Source: Lobosporangium transversale
Lineage: Eukaryota
Direction of reading: 5' to 3'
DNA: 64,000 nucleotides
Assembly (NCBI RefSeq): GCF_002105155.1
Contig: NW_019028997.1
Span: 496,001 to 560,000, forward strand
Shown here: one piece after another, positions 26,991-39,960 of the stretch
How positions within the stretch are numbered: the first letter of the stretch is position 1
Layout: each line of letters opens with the position of its first letter
The notes under the pieces: model-generated
The model's database searches: none
What the model was told of the DNA's origin: nothing
Seen by the model: only the letters and a program-made list of their open reading frames with translations
Program-made: the position numbers and the translations under genes

Positions 26991-28026
26991 CACTATCATG
27001 CAAACCTGATTCAATAATTCATTCCCATGTGCATTTCTTTTTTTCATTCCTAGAAACCGTATATGCATACAACACTCTTACTTTGGTTTAATAAAGCTCC
27101 CGTCTTCTTCTACGTCGTAGTTATGCGTTGTGACATTAGCTTGTCTCATTTGGAAAGCTAATGACTTTTTTGTCCATTCAGGTCATTGAATCAGTTTCAC
27201 ATGTGCCCATTCGGTGGCCAAAGATCTTTATTCTTTTGTGAGCCATAACCTTACATCAATAAGTAGTATTCCAACCATGGGCATAACTGACAGCTTGGAG
27301 TCTCTTATGGATACCTATGATGAGTTTGCGGCAGAAGTCCACTGGGATCCTGTACCATTCAACCGATATTCGCTCCCATAGTTCATCACAGCTCTTAGCT
27401 CGCTCCGGATACCTAGAGAGCCGCCTATCCAATTCTGCCCACATGTGTTCAATAGGGTTGAGGTAAGGGGATTGTGCTGGCCACTCTAGAAGTGTACCTT
27501 CCTCTTCTGTCAGATGTACTGACTCCAAATACTTCCTAACAATCTTCGCCGTGTGCTTCGAGTCATTGTCGTGCTGAAAAACGATATCGCTTTTAGTTAG
27601 GCCCCAGTCATCAAGCGACATCTGTAGATCCTCCTGGAGTAGTTTGATGTAAAGTTGTGCGTCCATATTATTGTCAATCTTTGCAATGTATCCAGGTCCG
27701 TACCATGAGAAGCATGACCACACTTTAACGTTACCACTCCCAAACTTGACAGTGCCTTGCACCGACCTGCGAGTGAGGCGTCCCGGAGTGTCGTCCCAGA
27801 TCCACTGCACGCCATCAGAGCAGATTCGGTTTATTTTCGATTCACATGTGAAACTGATTCAATGACCTGAATGGACAAAAAAGTCATTAGCTTTCCAAAT
27901 GAGACAAGCTAATGTCACAACGCATAACTACGACGTAGAAGAAGACGGGAGCTTTATTAAACCAAAGTAAGAGTGTTGTATGCATATACGGTTTCTAGGA
28001 ATGAAAAAAAGAAATGCATGATAGTA
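26991..28026 (-). mobile_element. Internally deleted Tc1/mariner element with ~200-bp TIRs and TA TSDs
   Basis: Inverted repeats at 26991-27205 and 27843-28026, the right one carrying a ~29-bp deletion. TA flanks both sides. The transposase C-half (27256-27845) has VKVWSCFS, FQHDNDSKH and WPAQSPYLNPIEHMW. The N-half and first Asp are deleted. Confidence 0.93.
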
Positions 28027-28734
28027 TATTTAGGTAAATAGAGAGAGTTTTCGCAACCTCGTTTTTACATCAAAATTCACATCGGGGAGTGAAAAAAAAC
28101 CTTAAAAAGCATCTCTATTTTTGAAATCCAGCCTTGTCATAAATTTGCTTTGTAAAATACAACAAGATTCGTTTTTCTCGTATTTCTACGTCTAGCCAGA
28201 ATTGCTTAAATTTAGCCAAAAAAAATATAAAAAATTGCCAATTCTATATTTTTATCATTTTTTACCATAAAAGACGCGACTTTTTAGACTATAGAGGTTA
28301 TCAACATTAGAAATCTCTATTCTATTAGTCATCAATGCTCTAGCCTAGAGTCATTTAAAGCCGTAGTGTCTACGAGCCTTTACCTCCTGCTATTCCTTTC
28401 ACCGAAAAAACTCTGGCACACAACAGAAAGCATTCTTCTCTAATGAATACTCCCCCAGAACAAAATGAGACGCATAACTTACCTTCCTTTCAGAGATTGT
28501 CGATTGAGGATATATCCCAGACGGATCCTGTGGATGATGTTGAAGAAGCAGGATCAGACTCTGAATCACCTTTATCGGTAAATCTGAACATCGTACGGAA
28601 ATCTGCGTCAGAAAGTGCTTCCAAATCGATACGATTATTTTGGAGTCGAGGTACCTGGAAGTTAGCAGCACCATCATCATTTATATCCCTTCCATCGAGA
28701 AGCTGTTGAGCGTTGACGAGGTTTAAGAGAACGT

Positions 28735-28845
28735 GAACAAACGTTTATCTGAGGGACATGGAAAATGAGAAATGAGTTCTTTGCGCACTAAAGATTGTCA
28801 CGTCACAATGACCCAGAAAATGGCACGTGGCTGATTTGAAAAAAA
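28735..28845 (+). promoter_or_regulatory. Conserved upstream block of CRN genes with TCACGTCA and CACGTG motifs (also ~52785-52905, minus)
   Basis: Near-identical ~110-bp block ~400 bp upstream of CRN copies 2 and 3. It contains CRE-like and E-box-like hexamers. Function is inferred only. Confidence 0.4.
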
Positions 28846-29217
28846 TATTTTCTCACACATCGCCTAACCTTAAAATAAAGGATCAATTGCAATTGTCGCT
28901 CCTTTCTTTCCTTTCTTTCCTTTGCTTCACTTCATTTTTGCACTCTCTCCCTCCTCCTTTATCACTTTTTTCATATTTCACCCCAGTTTTGCTCCCATCA
29001 ATTTTGCTCTTTTATTTATTCCAAGCCTTCATCTATTGCCATTCCTTTCCTTTCCTTTCCTTTCCTTTCCTTTCCTTTTTTTTGCCTTACACATTTTTCA
29101 TTTTTGTTTTCATACAGCGACCACGAGTGTGAAAGAGTATAGAATATACCTTTGCCTATTTAACCATCATTCTCCCTGCATTTCAACCACACTCAGTCCC
29201 ACTCATCTTAATTTTCA

Positions 29218-31737
29218 ATGGCCACCACAAGGAGCCAAGCACAAAAAAAAATGACTGCAAATAAGCCTGAGGATGCCTCCACACTCAATAAACGAAAAAG
29301 AGTAAACCAGCACCCACAACGAAAAAAGCGCGCCATCCCACTGCTGCTGCTGAACTGCGTTGTCGAGGGAGAAGCAACGTCGTTCCCAGTAGAGATTTTC
29401 TGCGATAAAACGGTCGGGATGCTCAAGCAAGCCATCAAGGTAGCAAAGAAGCCAGAACTTGATCATGTTGCTGCAGATAAGCTCATCCTCTACAAGGTCT
29501 CCATCCCTGACGAAGACAAGACCGTCGTCGAGTCAGAAATCGAGTCAAAAGAGGCTCTCGCACCCGCGTCAATGGAGCTTTGGGAGATATTTAATTCTGA
29601 ACTTCCAAGGAAAACTATCCATGTTTTTGTCAAGCCACCACAGCGAGGTATATCCTTGGCTCTTGATGGACTGATTGTTGATATTTCCAGCTGATGAAGC
29701 TTGGTTTGTATCTTAAACGGCCATGTGCATAATGTCGCCATTTGGTTTGTGTCTTGATAACTCAACGTTCTTTCTCATTATTCGCTTTTGATACTTAGCT
29801 CAGAAAAGAAAACAAGATGGAGATTCTGGTGAGTGCTTTTGGCTGAGAACCTGGTTATTGATCAATTTAGAGTAATGTGCAGTGCAATAAATCAAGAATA
29901 TTAACTTTGATCACTCTATCTCCTTTATCAGAGTCACCCTCTAAAAAAGCTCGTCCAAGTATAAGTAGTAGAAGTGCTCTTAGGGATGCGATTACAGAAG
30001 CAGGGCTTGTAACGAAAGGGATAGTGAATGATAGGCCTGTAATCTCGCCTCTAAACTCGAAAGAGAGGGTCAAGGTGCTTTCGTACATGGGGGAGGAGTT
30101 ATCAGGAGATAGTATTTACTACAGCATTGTTAGCGTGGCTTGCGAGCTCCGAAATTCTGGTGGTATCAAGGATTCCAAACTATTGACTGCTCCTGAGGGT
30201 TGTATCTTCCCTGTTGCCGGAACAAGGCATCTTTATATCAGAGATGAATATAAAAAGCTTTATGACCATATTACATCTACATTCAGTACCCCTCATGGAG
30301 CTAGTTTGAACCGACTCTTTGTCACTGGAACGCCTGGAATTGGGAAGTCAGCCTTTTTGGTCTATTTTGCCATCCGCCTCCTTGCAGAGCATGACGAGGA
30401 GAATCCACCGATTATTGTTTTCCATGAAAAGAAGAATACCGAATGTTATGCCTACGGAGGAACAACTTGCCAACGTTATGGAGAGAGAGTAGATTTCAAA
30501 CATTTTCTTGAGCAACCTGAAACGTGGTATTTAGTTGACAGTGGTAACCATCCTCAACCAGATCAAGCCAGGACGATATTTGCGGCATCACCAAAAACTC
30601 TCTATGGGCAGTACGATGAATTCACCAAGGAAAATTCACGCAGTAGCTACTATCACATGTCACTCTGGAGTTTGGACGAGCTTAAGGAATGTAGAGCCAA
30701 TGTAAAGTTTTTTCATCCAGTGGATGAAGAATTTTTGGAGGAGCTTTTTTACAAGTTGGGGGGAGTGCCAAGACAGGTCCTACAGGCTCCAGCCAAAGAA
30801 CTATTCAAGAATCAAGGAGATATTAAGGGTGCTAGAGACTCTGCGTTTAGCCGCGTCGAAACTGCCATTGAAAAACTCCGGAACCCAGCAGATCTTGTAG
30901 CGCTCTTTGCACGAGGAAAAGAAGCGAGTGAATTTAGTGGTCGTTTACTCCATAGAGTCCCCACTTCTGACCACCTCAACTTCCATCTGGTGTGGGCATC
31001 TCGTTGGGTTGAATTAAGGGTTGTCGACAAAATAAAAGATGACACTTGGCTCGATGTGTTGGCGAAACTTGTCAAAAGCGAAGAGGATATAGCTAAAGGC
31101 CCACTGTTTGAAGTCTATGCTCATCACTTATTTCGATGTGGTGATATTAGATTTCCCTTTAGGGATCTCCAGTCAGGCGAAACAGGATTTCTTGATTTTC
31201 CAGCAAACCCAGAAGTGGTGCATATCCGGACTTCAGATGAATTATTAGGGCTCACTCAAGCAGCTGGCAAGTTGTTTGTACCAGAACATTCTAAATTTCC
31301 GTGCATTGATTTTGCATTGGGACCCAACAAGCTATTTCAGGTCACAGTATCAGAGAAGCATCCGATCAAGCAAGCACCATTCAAGGAGATAATTGAATGT
31401 ATTACTGGACCCTGCTTGAAGGGAGACCAATCAAAGTTGAAGGGAGACCGATCAGAGTCGAAAAAAAAGGGGAGACCGATCAGAGTCGAAGGGAGACCGA
31501 TCAGAGTCGAAGGGAGACCGATCAGAGTCGAAGGGAAGTGATGATACCATTTTCCTCTATTTTGTGGTGCCAGGAGACGTATATGGCGATTTTAAAGTTC
31601 AGAACTTTCTTACCACCAAAGATACGGTCGTCAAGAATCCATATGTATGCTTAAAACATGTAAGACAGCGTGTCATAAAAATCGACCTCGAAGCTGCATA
31701 TTCAGGAGGAGCAGCCGGTACGAATCTGAAGAATTAA
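29218..31737 (+). pseudogene. CRN copy 2 (tandem duplicate of copy 1), frameshifted in the VNTR; exons 29218-29647, 29799-29828, 29932-31737
   Basis: Exon 3 is nearly identical to copy 1. A +7-nt insertion (A6G) at ~31461 shifts the frame, giving a stop at 31541 instead of 31737. Confidence 0.85.
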
Positions 31738-32869
31738 ATCGAATACCAATCAAGTGGATGAAATTTTGTCTTTTTTAAAAAAAGCATTATACCCGTTCCT
31801 TGAGAATTTTATACAATGGTTCATTCTTTATGAATGAAGCCATCATTATCCACTTACCTTTTAGACGAATAGATAGAGCGGTTTAATCCGTCCTCCCTTC
31901 TACTGGGGCATATAGAACTTTATAAAGCTTCCTGTGATCATCATGCGATCTTGTGTGCAAGAAAGGGCAGATTTTTGTGATACTATTATCAAAGAGTTTT
32001 GTAAAAATGGATAGAGATGAAGAATCCTGTGGAGAACCCAGTGAGAGTCTGATGATGAGACCCAAAACCATATTATTATCACCAGGACAGCTGGCATAGG
32101 AAATTGTCCTTTCTCGTATGCTTTGTCATCTGGATGCTTGCCACTTGCGGAAGATCCATCAATTATCATCATCCAAGGCGCCAGAACGTTTAACCAGGAG
32201 CTAGGATGACAGCTCCGCTCTAAAGACATAAATGTCGTTTTAGCCCTATGGTGCGTGCACGGGATGGCAACCTGTGACCAATGGAGATCATATTAGTTGT
32301 ATGTTCGGCCAATTCAGTGTCAGTATGTGAAGGCGGTGCGTCTTGAATCTCTAGGCGTCCAGGGACATGGAATAAAAAAACATCAAGAATGTGGCCAAGG
32401 CTGCCACGCGATTGACCGGTAAAATGTGATACAACATTGGATTGTGTCGTCAGTATATTAATAGTTCTCGGTATATTAATGCTACATGCTGTTGAGGGCA
32501 TCAATCTCGCCAGAATCATCCCTCTCACATCAATTCATGCCAGACGGATGAAAGATTAGGAGGAAAAGGTCCTTGATATCTGGGATATCCACGCTTATTT
32601 ATAATCTCACCAAATGTTCTGTGTCTTGCGTTCATAGGCGGTTAACCGCAGTTTGGTTTTCGTATACCCCTTGAAGAACGTAAGCAAAAATGCCTTTATG
32701 TTTTATATTTGATACTCATCAATTTACCATTTTTACTAACTTGTGTATTTCAAATACTCATAGCCAATAAACGGTTTAGCAGCATTGAGAAGGAATTTTA
32801 TTCCAAGGATTGGTCTGATTTATCAAGGCTTATATTTATGGCACCGTTAAATTACCAGTAACAGACGGC

Positions 32870-33237
32870 GCAATGTCAGGCTTCCCAGCTGCTTGGCGTC
32901 GATTTCAGTCAGAAAAAAGAGAGGCGACACATAGACCATCACTCCTATTCTTTGATCCTCCTGGTTTGGATGGCTCTTATATGAGCTGCGACTCTAATAA
33001 CAAGGCAAAAGAGATCCTTGTACATATTTTGTCGCATAGTCTCAGCTTTTGCTCACTTTAGGAGCATCTGGCTGTGGAAAGACTCGAACAGTTATGGACA
33101 TGCTCTCGCAAAACTGGTGATTTTATTTCAATGCTGGTCGAGATGACCGCGGATCAGATGATGTCTGGTCTTTGATTACTTCTGTCAATCTTGGGGCTAG
33201 TGTTGACCTATCGGTAAACACTAATATTGCTATGATA
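32870..33237 (+). pseudogene. Fragment of another CRN-type P-loop NTPase gene, truncated by the pogo element
   Basis: LGASGCGKTRTVMDMLSQNW*FYFNAGRDDRGSDD Walker A segment with an in-frame stop. It ends at the pogo TIR. Confidence 0.6.
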
Positions 33238-33559
33238 TCCGGACATCCCACTGTCAAACTTGTTCGAATAATAATTAGGTTTTACTGAATTGGGTGATAT
33301 TCTAAACTTTATAAAATATATATACTCAGATGATACTTGCGTTCCTTTCAGTTACAAAAGGAACGAAACACGTTCGATATTGTGGAATAGGCTTCCAAGA
33401 CCTTTTTTTTCGGGCTCGGCTTTCCCTCCCTTGTTTCTTGGTCTTGCCTTCCCTTGGCTCTATCGTTGCCTATTGCATTTTCTCACTCACATCTGCTAAA
33501 CATATTGAGACGATTTTGTTTATTGCATTTGGATAGTTTTCTCTTATCATGTCGCTTCA

Positions 33560-33594
<35 letters not shown>

Positions 33595-33766
33595 GTGTTA
33601 AAGAAAGTATACTTAAAAACAGAAAACTATCTGAAAGAGCAGATCCATTATGATGACGACCTTCAAGCACTAGTTCGGAATAACTGGGATTAGTTCTTAA
33701 CGTACGACAATAGAACAGTGTAGAGAGCATTGAGTTATACTGAGTCCTCCTCCTCCTTCATATCAT

Positions 33767-36011
33767 TTACGCCTCCGCTGTTCTCCTTTTGCGCTTGAGT
33801 TCCTTCACCTCCATGACATCTTTGCCCCCGCGCTTGACCACCTTCAATTTGGACTGAATTCCCAGCTTCATATTTCGATGAGGCATGCTCAGTGTTGGAA
33901 ATGGACTGTTGTCTTTTACATGCCCCTGTCGCTTTCCCTTTAGGCACTTGCTAGTAATCCGGACCAATGATTGAATCTGAAACAATTGGAAGAAAAAGAT
34001 TTGATCCATTGATTTAAGTTCGGATGAACAGGTTGGCATTGTAAGCTCAGAGATCCTTGCATGGATGACAGTATTGCCAATCATTGCACCAAGGAAAAAC
34101 ACTATCTCAGGGCCGACAGACTGGAAGCTTATGAGTGGCAGATCTTCTTCAAGACCGGGGAGTAGATCATCGAGGCTGTCTTTTGTAAAAATGGCAATGC
34201 GGAGGGTATCCGCATTCTTTGACTGTGTTGTGGGGTGGATACCCTTGATTTCTCCATAATATACCTCACGTTTTCCCTCTGTTCGACCCACAATGTCGGG
34301 TTGCCTGGCTTGCCCATCCTGAGCCAAAGCAGCTTTTCTGTTCTCGCCCGCAGTCGATGCACTGTTAAGACTGCTAAAAGGAATAACGACAATTAAACCA
34401 AAAGAACATCCCATCTTCCTATATGCAAACGGCTAAACAATCAGGATGATATTACCATTTGAATTGGATATGGCCCGGTATATTCATAAATTCACGTAAA
34501 ATCGGCACGATGACGGACGACATAATATCACTTTCACTTTCAATCTCGCACCATGTATTGTAGTGTCGAAACACATACAGAGCCACAAACAAAACAGGTA
34601 ATATGTCTTTTTCTTGGCATGTGTAATAGGATCCCATTATCATGTCAACGACCGACCTAAGATCGATCTCGGGCTCCTCGGCGGTTTCAAGGTCCTTGGA
34701 TAGGTATCTCAAGAGATTCATTGATCCCAAATTCTGCAGTCAACAACCAAAAAAAAAAAAAAAAAAAAAAAAAAAAGGTGATTGGTGCCCATTATGCATT
34801 GCTCAAAACAAACAAGCAGTCAAAAAAACATAATGTCAACAACAACCATAGCCATATCCGCGAACCTGGACCCAAGCGCTCCATAGTGCAGCTGCTTCTA
34901 CCGACCGCTTTACGTCTTTCTCTTGCAGCTCGCTGGTATAAAACCGACGGAGAACTTCCTTTGTGATAGCTGAGATCTCAGCAGTCTTGAATCCAACATG
35001 CTCTTTGTCAAAATGCAGGACACCAGAGAGCAGCCTAGATTGATACATTTCATCACGTCGATTAGTTTGTGTAATTTCGCTTGAACGTGAATCTCATTTG
35101 TATGGAGTCAAACTTACTTACGCAATCTGATCTATTTGCTTGAAGTTCAAAGATGTCTTCTGCTTGATCTTGTTGTAGGACTCAGTTATCCGAGGTCCCC
35201 AGTCTTTTGTCAGCGGGAAACGGAATGTGAATTCTGGCCGCTCCTTACAGTGGAACTGTAGATATGTCCTGGATTAAGGTCGTCCAAATACCTCACCCTC
35301 ATCACCTTTGTCTCCGCTAGACAGCTGTTCGTGATTGTCGAAAGTTCCTGTGACAGCTCCTTCATCGTTGTTGATATTAAAGAGCGGACGGCACGGAGGC
35401 GACAGTGTTGGTGATGACAAGCCCGAGCCTCAGTCAAATAATGGAGTGCGAGCAGACAAAAATAGCACTATCAGTCGTCGGCCATGCAAATATTGAATGA
35501 GAGCAACAAACAATAACAAACAATATCAAATATAAGTATAAATAATACTGTAGTAACTCTTACCTCGTTTCGGACCCACCTCGAAATTGTTTGATAAAAG
35601 TGGAATCAAAGTTGAATTATTGACGCTGATATAATGTTCTCTAACAGCCCCACTTCCTTCGATTATCTCGCTTACAGCCGACTTCGTGGACATTCGGACT
35701 TGATAGCGAATTCTTCGGTCTGCCCAAAATTCACCACCTTTAGATGCCTTCCACACTTTGTACTGATTAAGCGAACGTCGTCTTATGATATACGGTACAG
35801 TTGTTGATTGTAAAACTTGCATAAATAGCGGATGTGCATCTTCCTCACAATGGAACCCAAGCTCTTCGGCGAATTTCGACATTTCTATATCTTCACCCCT
35901 TTTAGCTTTCTTTTGTGCCCAACTCAACGGGTCATTCACACATGGTTCAACTGAGTCGGCAGGATGAAGAGGAGGTAGTTTTTCCTGTGGAGCTGATGAT
36001 ACGCTTCGCAT
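33767..36011 (-). pseudogene. Multi-exon cargo gene with C-terminal PD-(D/E)xK-like nuclease motif
   Basis: About 5 exons with GT-AG junctions. The last exon has RQPDIVG...VYYGEIKG. At least one in-frame TAA lies in exon 2. Confidence 0.6.
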
Positions 36012-36699
36012 TTGTGATTCTATACGCTCATGATTCTCGTGAACGATTCAATATAAGTAATGAAATTTCAATTTACACAAAAACAAAAGAAATCAAAGAA
36101 TCATTAAGTGGATGTGATGTTATAACATTGTTCGATCCAACTCGTCTTTCCGCCGCCTCGCCGCGTACTAAGCAAAGGTTCGCTAAGAAAGATTCAGTAT
36201 CCTGAAGCTAATGTTATAACGTCTAATTAACTATGAATGCATCTCACAATCCGCCGCCTCGCCGCGTACTAAGCAAAGGTTCGCTAAGAATGTGCTCATG
36301 AAATCTACAGCCCACTTAATAATTCTAAATGAATAATTCTAAATGAATAAATCAATTACGGACCTTACGATGTATTATTTGTAACCGCTGAGTACAGTTG
36401 AAGTTCAATGCTACTTAATGTTAAACAGTTAATACACCTGAAGTTGATTGGACAAGATTAATGAACCAATGTTACGTGACAGCTTTTTTCGAAACACAAC
36501 TGGCCGCCGACGTGGTCTCCATTGTCCTCGTCTGGCACCACTTGAAACGGGCGCTGACGGAGTTTGAGAGTCGCCAGGACCTACAGGTCATTCACCCAGC
36601 CAAAGTTGGATTGGCAGAGCGAGGCGATAGCGTGGTTCAGAGCTAGGTCTACACTCGCAAGCGAAAAAAAGGAGATACTGCGACCAAAATCAATGAACG

Positions 36700-38542
36700 A
36701 TCGCAATGAAATATGAATAATTATATTTTAATTAAAAGGATTCTGGAATTCTTCGTCTCGTTGGGAGCCATCCTGCATATCTTTTTGTGGAGATACCTGT
36801 TCCCTATTCTCGTCTTCACAAGCTCTTACAAGCTTTTTCAAAAAAATGGCGCACACTACTCATGTTACTTTTTTTTTGCATTATCCAGCATGGCCTCCAT
36901 TCCCTCCGGAGTGCGCATATCATGCCCACCAGACAACTTGGCCAGTAGCTCAACCGAAGTATGAAGTGACTCCTTCGATAGAGGTGAACTATGCGTGCTG
37001 CTCACAGGGGGTGGAATGGGTTCTTGGACTCCATCGGAAAGATCAGGAAAGTTACAATCCTCTACAGAAGGGCATGGCCCATTTTTATCCTCCAAAACAT
37101 CCTGCACATCTTTCTCCAGCCGTTTGCCTCATTCACTGAGGTAACCAAGTGCTCGAAGTACGTCCTTTCTTGCCTCTCATAAAGGTGACGTCGCGTGTAC
37201 CGGAGCTCATGGTTCCGCTCTGCATTGGTAGTCGACATGGTTTTGAAGGGCGGCCGCATCTCTTCAGGAAGGACCGGCGTTTCAGCAAAGCAATTCCTTA
37301 GTGTTGTCGCTTTAACGGAATTCCATGCATATGGGATAATCGACCACGCGTGTCCATTAAAAATAGCCCTCGCCATGTCAAACGTTCGGATGAGATGCGA
37401 CTCACGGATAAGCATCTCAAGGAATGCTCCCTTGAACACACTAATAACACCTGCGTCAAGGGGCTGCGTAACAGATGTTGGGTTCACCAGGAGTCGTCGG
37501 ACGCGGAGATGCTTCCAGGATTAATTGATAGAAGGGTCGCGCATATCAATGTTGTTGTGTTGTGGAGCTGAGTCTAGGAGAAGTAGGCTTGGCTCCGTGA
37601 GCTGGTCATCGAGTTCTTTCAACCATTTCACAAAGATATGGTTTGTCATCCACCCCGATTCAGACTTCTTCACAACCATCCTACTTGCCGACTCTTCGTC
37701 AATGCCCTGGGTGATATTTTTGCCTAGTATATAAAATATATCACATCAAGTTAATGTCTAATATTTAATATTTACCAAGGTTTTCAGTAGTTGCTTCTCC
37801 TTACCAATGACTAGTGTCTTCAATGCACTCATGGATTCTGCCTTGAGGAGCGATGTGCCCGAAGCGTTGATACAAAATAGAATGGAAACACGGCAGCTCC
37901 TATTTGCCTTGATACCGGCTTTCGAGACCTGCGTTGTATAAGACTTGTGCTCCAGCTCCTTGAAATAAAATCCTGTCTCATCGCAGTTGTATATGTTGTC
38001 AGGCTTGGGAACATAGCCGCCGAATCTCGACTAGTTCAGGCTCAATCGCCTTAAGGTCAACCGATGCTGCTTCTCCGTGGAGCTGGCAATACGTTATGTT
38101 ATGACGCTTTTTGAAAGCATCGAACCAGGAAGCTGAAAAAGACGGCATCATGTTGTTGGAGTCCGAGTCAAAAGGATTTTTCTGGTCGGTGAGGACAATA
38201 TAGGTGGTTTTAGCCGCTTGCTTTATCATCCTTTTGTTGACTGGATTGTTTCGCTTCTGCTGATCTTCCAGGCAGCCATTTTAAGAGCACCGCCTCAAGC
38301 TGAAAATTCTTTCGCTGAGTCAAATAACATGCGCCCTTTGGATACAACGGAGCCTGTTGTCGAATCACATTTCTCTTTCTTTACATGTCGTAAAAAGTAG
38401 CCTTCGGAAGCATATATCCAACCAGGTCACCGAAGCTTCTAAAGGTTACATTGTGGGAGATATCTTTTTGTCGAAGCAAAAGATATTCGTATATATCAAG
38501 GACCTCGATTTTTTGTTCTAGAGTCAAACACACCTTCGCCAT
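36700..38542 (-). pseudogene. pogo-type transposase (CENP-B-like HTH + DDE_1), frameshifted
   Basis: Motifs LTLEQKIEVL, FSASWFDAFKKRHNI...HGEAASVD, NIYNCDETG, GWMT..IF.KWL, LLLLDSAPQH and TSVTQPLDAGVISVFK. The C-terminal boundary is approximate. Confidence 0.9.
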
Positions 38543-39559
38543 TGGGATGGCGTGGTTGTCAACTGAAGGAAGGATAAGGGGAGCATACATATCGCAATTC
38601 CTTGCACAATCTAGAAGCCAAGTACCTCTCCTTCCGCTTGCGTTCAATCGTTTTTATTTCAGACTTTGTATATTTGGTCTTCTTGGTCACTTCATAAGCA
38701 AGAGCCGACTCTGTGGAGCGTTTTCCAGTTGCCATTTTGATGCTTGGATGCGATTGTTTAATGTAAGGGAACAGGTGATATGTTGTGAATAGTAGCAAGC
38801 GGTGGTGGGTTCAAAAATGATTTATTGTTCAAGTCTGCCCTAATCTGCTACAATAATGATGGCTTTTATACTATTCGGGGACGCCGTGTGGAAGTCATAG
38901 GGCGTAGTGGGGCTGGGCAAAGAGGCGTAGTGGAGGCGTAGAATTGTCCGGATATTTCGTCAGACAAATCTTGTCGGACATTTCACCAGATGTGCATTTC
39001 GGGGAACCCGTAAATGCAATATCACCTGAGTATATATATATATTTTATAAAGTTTAGAATACCACCCAATTTAGTAAAACCTAATTATTATCCGGACAAG
39101 TTTGACAGTGGGATGTCTGGATATTGCAAGTTCGACTATACAATAGTCTAGAGAGTTTTCGCAAATATTTTTTTCGTCAAGGATTTTCATCGGGATATTG
39201 AACCTTACTTTCGCCGACGTAAAAATTGCAGTCTGTAAACAACTTATCGTATGTGCTATCCCTTAAACAGTCAACCTGGCAAATTTCATTATAAATGGGC
39301 TTAAAATCCAGCAATTCATGGGCATTGTCTTGAAATTTTATTTCGATGTCGAAATAAATGACCGAAAACTAAACTGTCATGGAGCTATCCTGGCTTCTTT
39401 ATTTGTGCCAATAAAAAAACTCTTGAAGGCTTTCGCATGACACTAGCATCCTCTTAGGGGGCCCATTGTGTTGTTTATTTATTGACTGGTGTAATAGCAG
39501 TGATAATATTCGCCATAGTATCGACTTGAAAGGAGGGCAATCTGAGTTGATTCATTCTA

Positions 39560-39960
39560 CCGCACCATAGAGCTTGCTCGGCAAGACTTGATTTGTCACA
39601 TCATTTGCTTCCTCGTCTTCTTGATATATCTGGGTTGGTAAACACTGCTAATAGAGTTTGTTGGGCCTGTTGAAACCAGAGGGAACCACAGCAACATATC
39701 ATACCAAATATCTCTGTTGGAGTGAGTGGTGAACTGTGTGTGGTTCAGATGTAGTGGACATAAACGGCGAAAGAATGCATCGAAAGGATGTGAGCGGTTA
39801 TGAGAGCAAGGAAGAAGGGGTTGGTATGCCTGTTCAAGTCCTTGGCAAGAGGGCATGAGTAGCAGTTGTGATCTCAAGTTGATTTCGGTGAGTCTGCATA
39901 ACAATGGTATAGTTTCTAGACCCTGTCTTCCACGTACAGCATTGCATTATTGGTGTTTTC
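39560..39960 (-). pseudogene. Possible Crypton/NDC10-like tyrosine recombinase remnant
   Basis: Broken frames give RHTNPF, SFAVYVHYI* and NRDIWYDMLL, reminiscent of the RH..CP..A.A.Y...WYD segment of NDC10/Crypton. Recognised from memory only. Confidence 0.3.

Larger units (their letters stand above)
33238..39121 (-). mobile_element. 5.9-kb pogo/Tigger-like DNA transposon carrying a second (cargo) gene
   Basis: ~100-bp imperfect TIRs (TCCGGACATCCCACTGTCAAACTTG... at 33238; ...CAAGTTTGACAGTGGGATGTCTGGA at 39121) flanked by TA. It encloses a transposase and an unrelated multi-exon gene. Confidence 0.9.

Noticed and set aside
22374..36290. CRISPR-like arrays (21-bp repeats; 41-bp repeat pair)
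   Set aside because: The 21-bp arrays have no unique spacers, the 41-bp repeat has only two copies, and there are no cas genes in this eukaryotic context.
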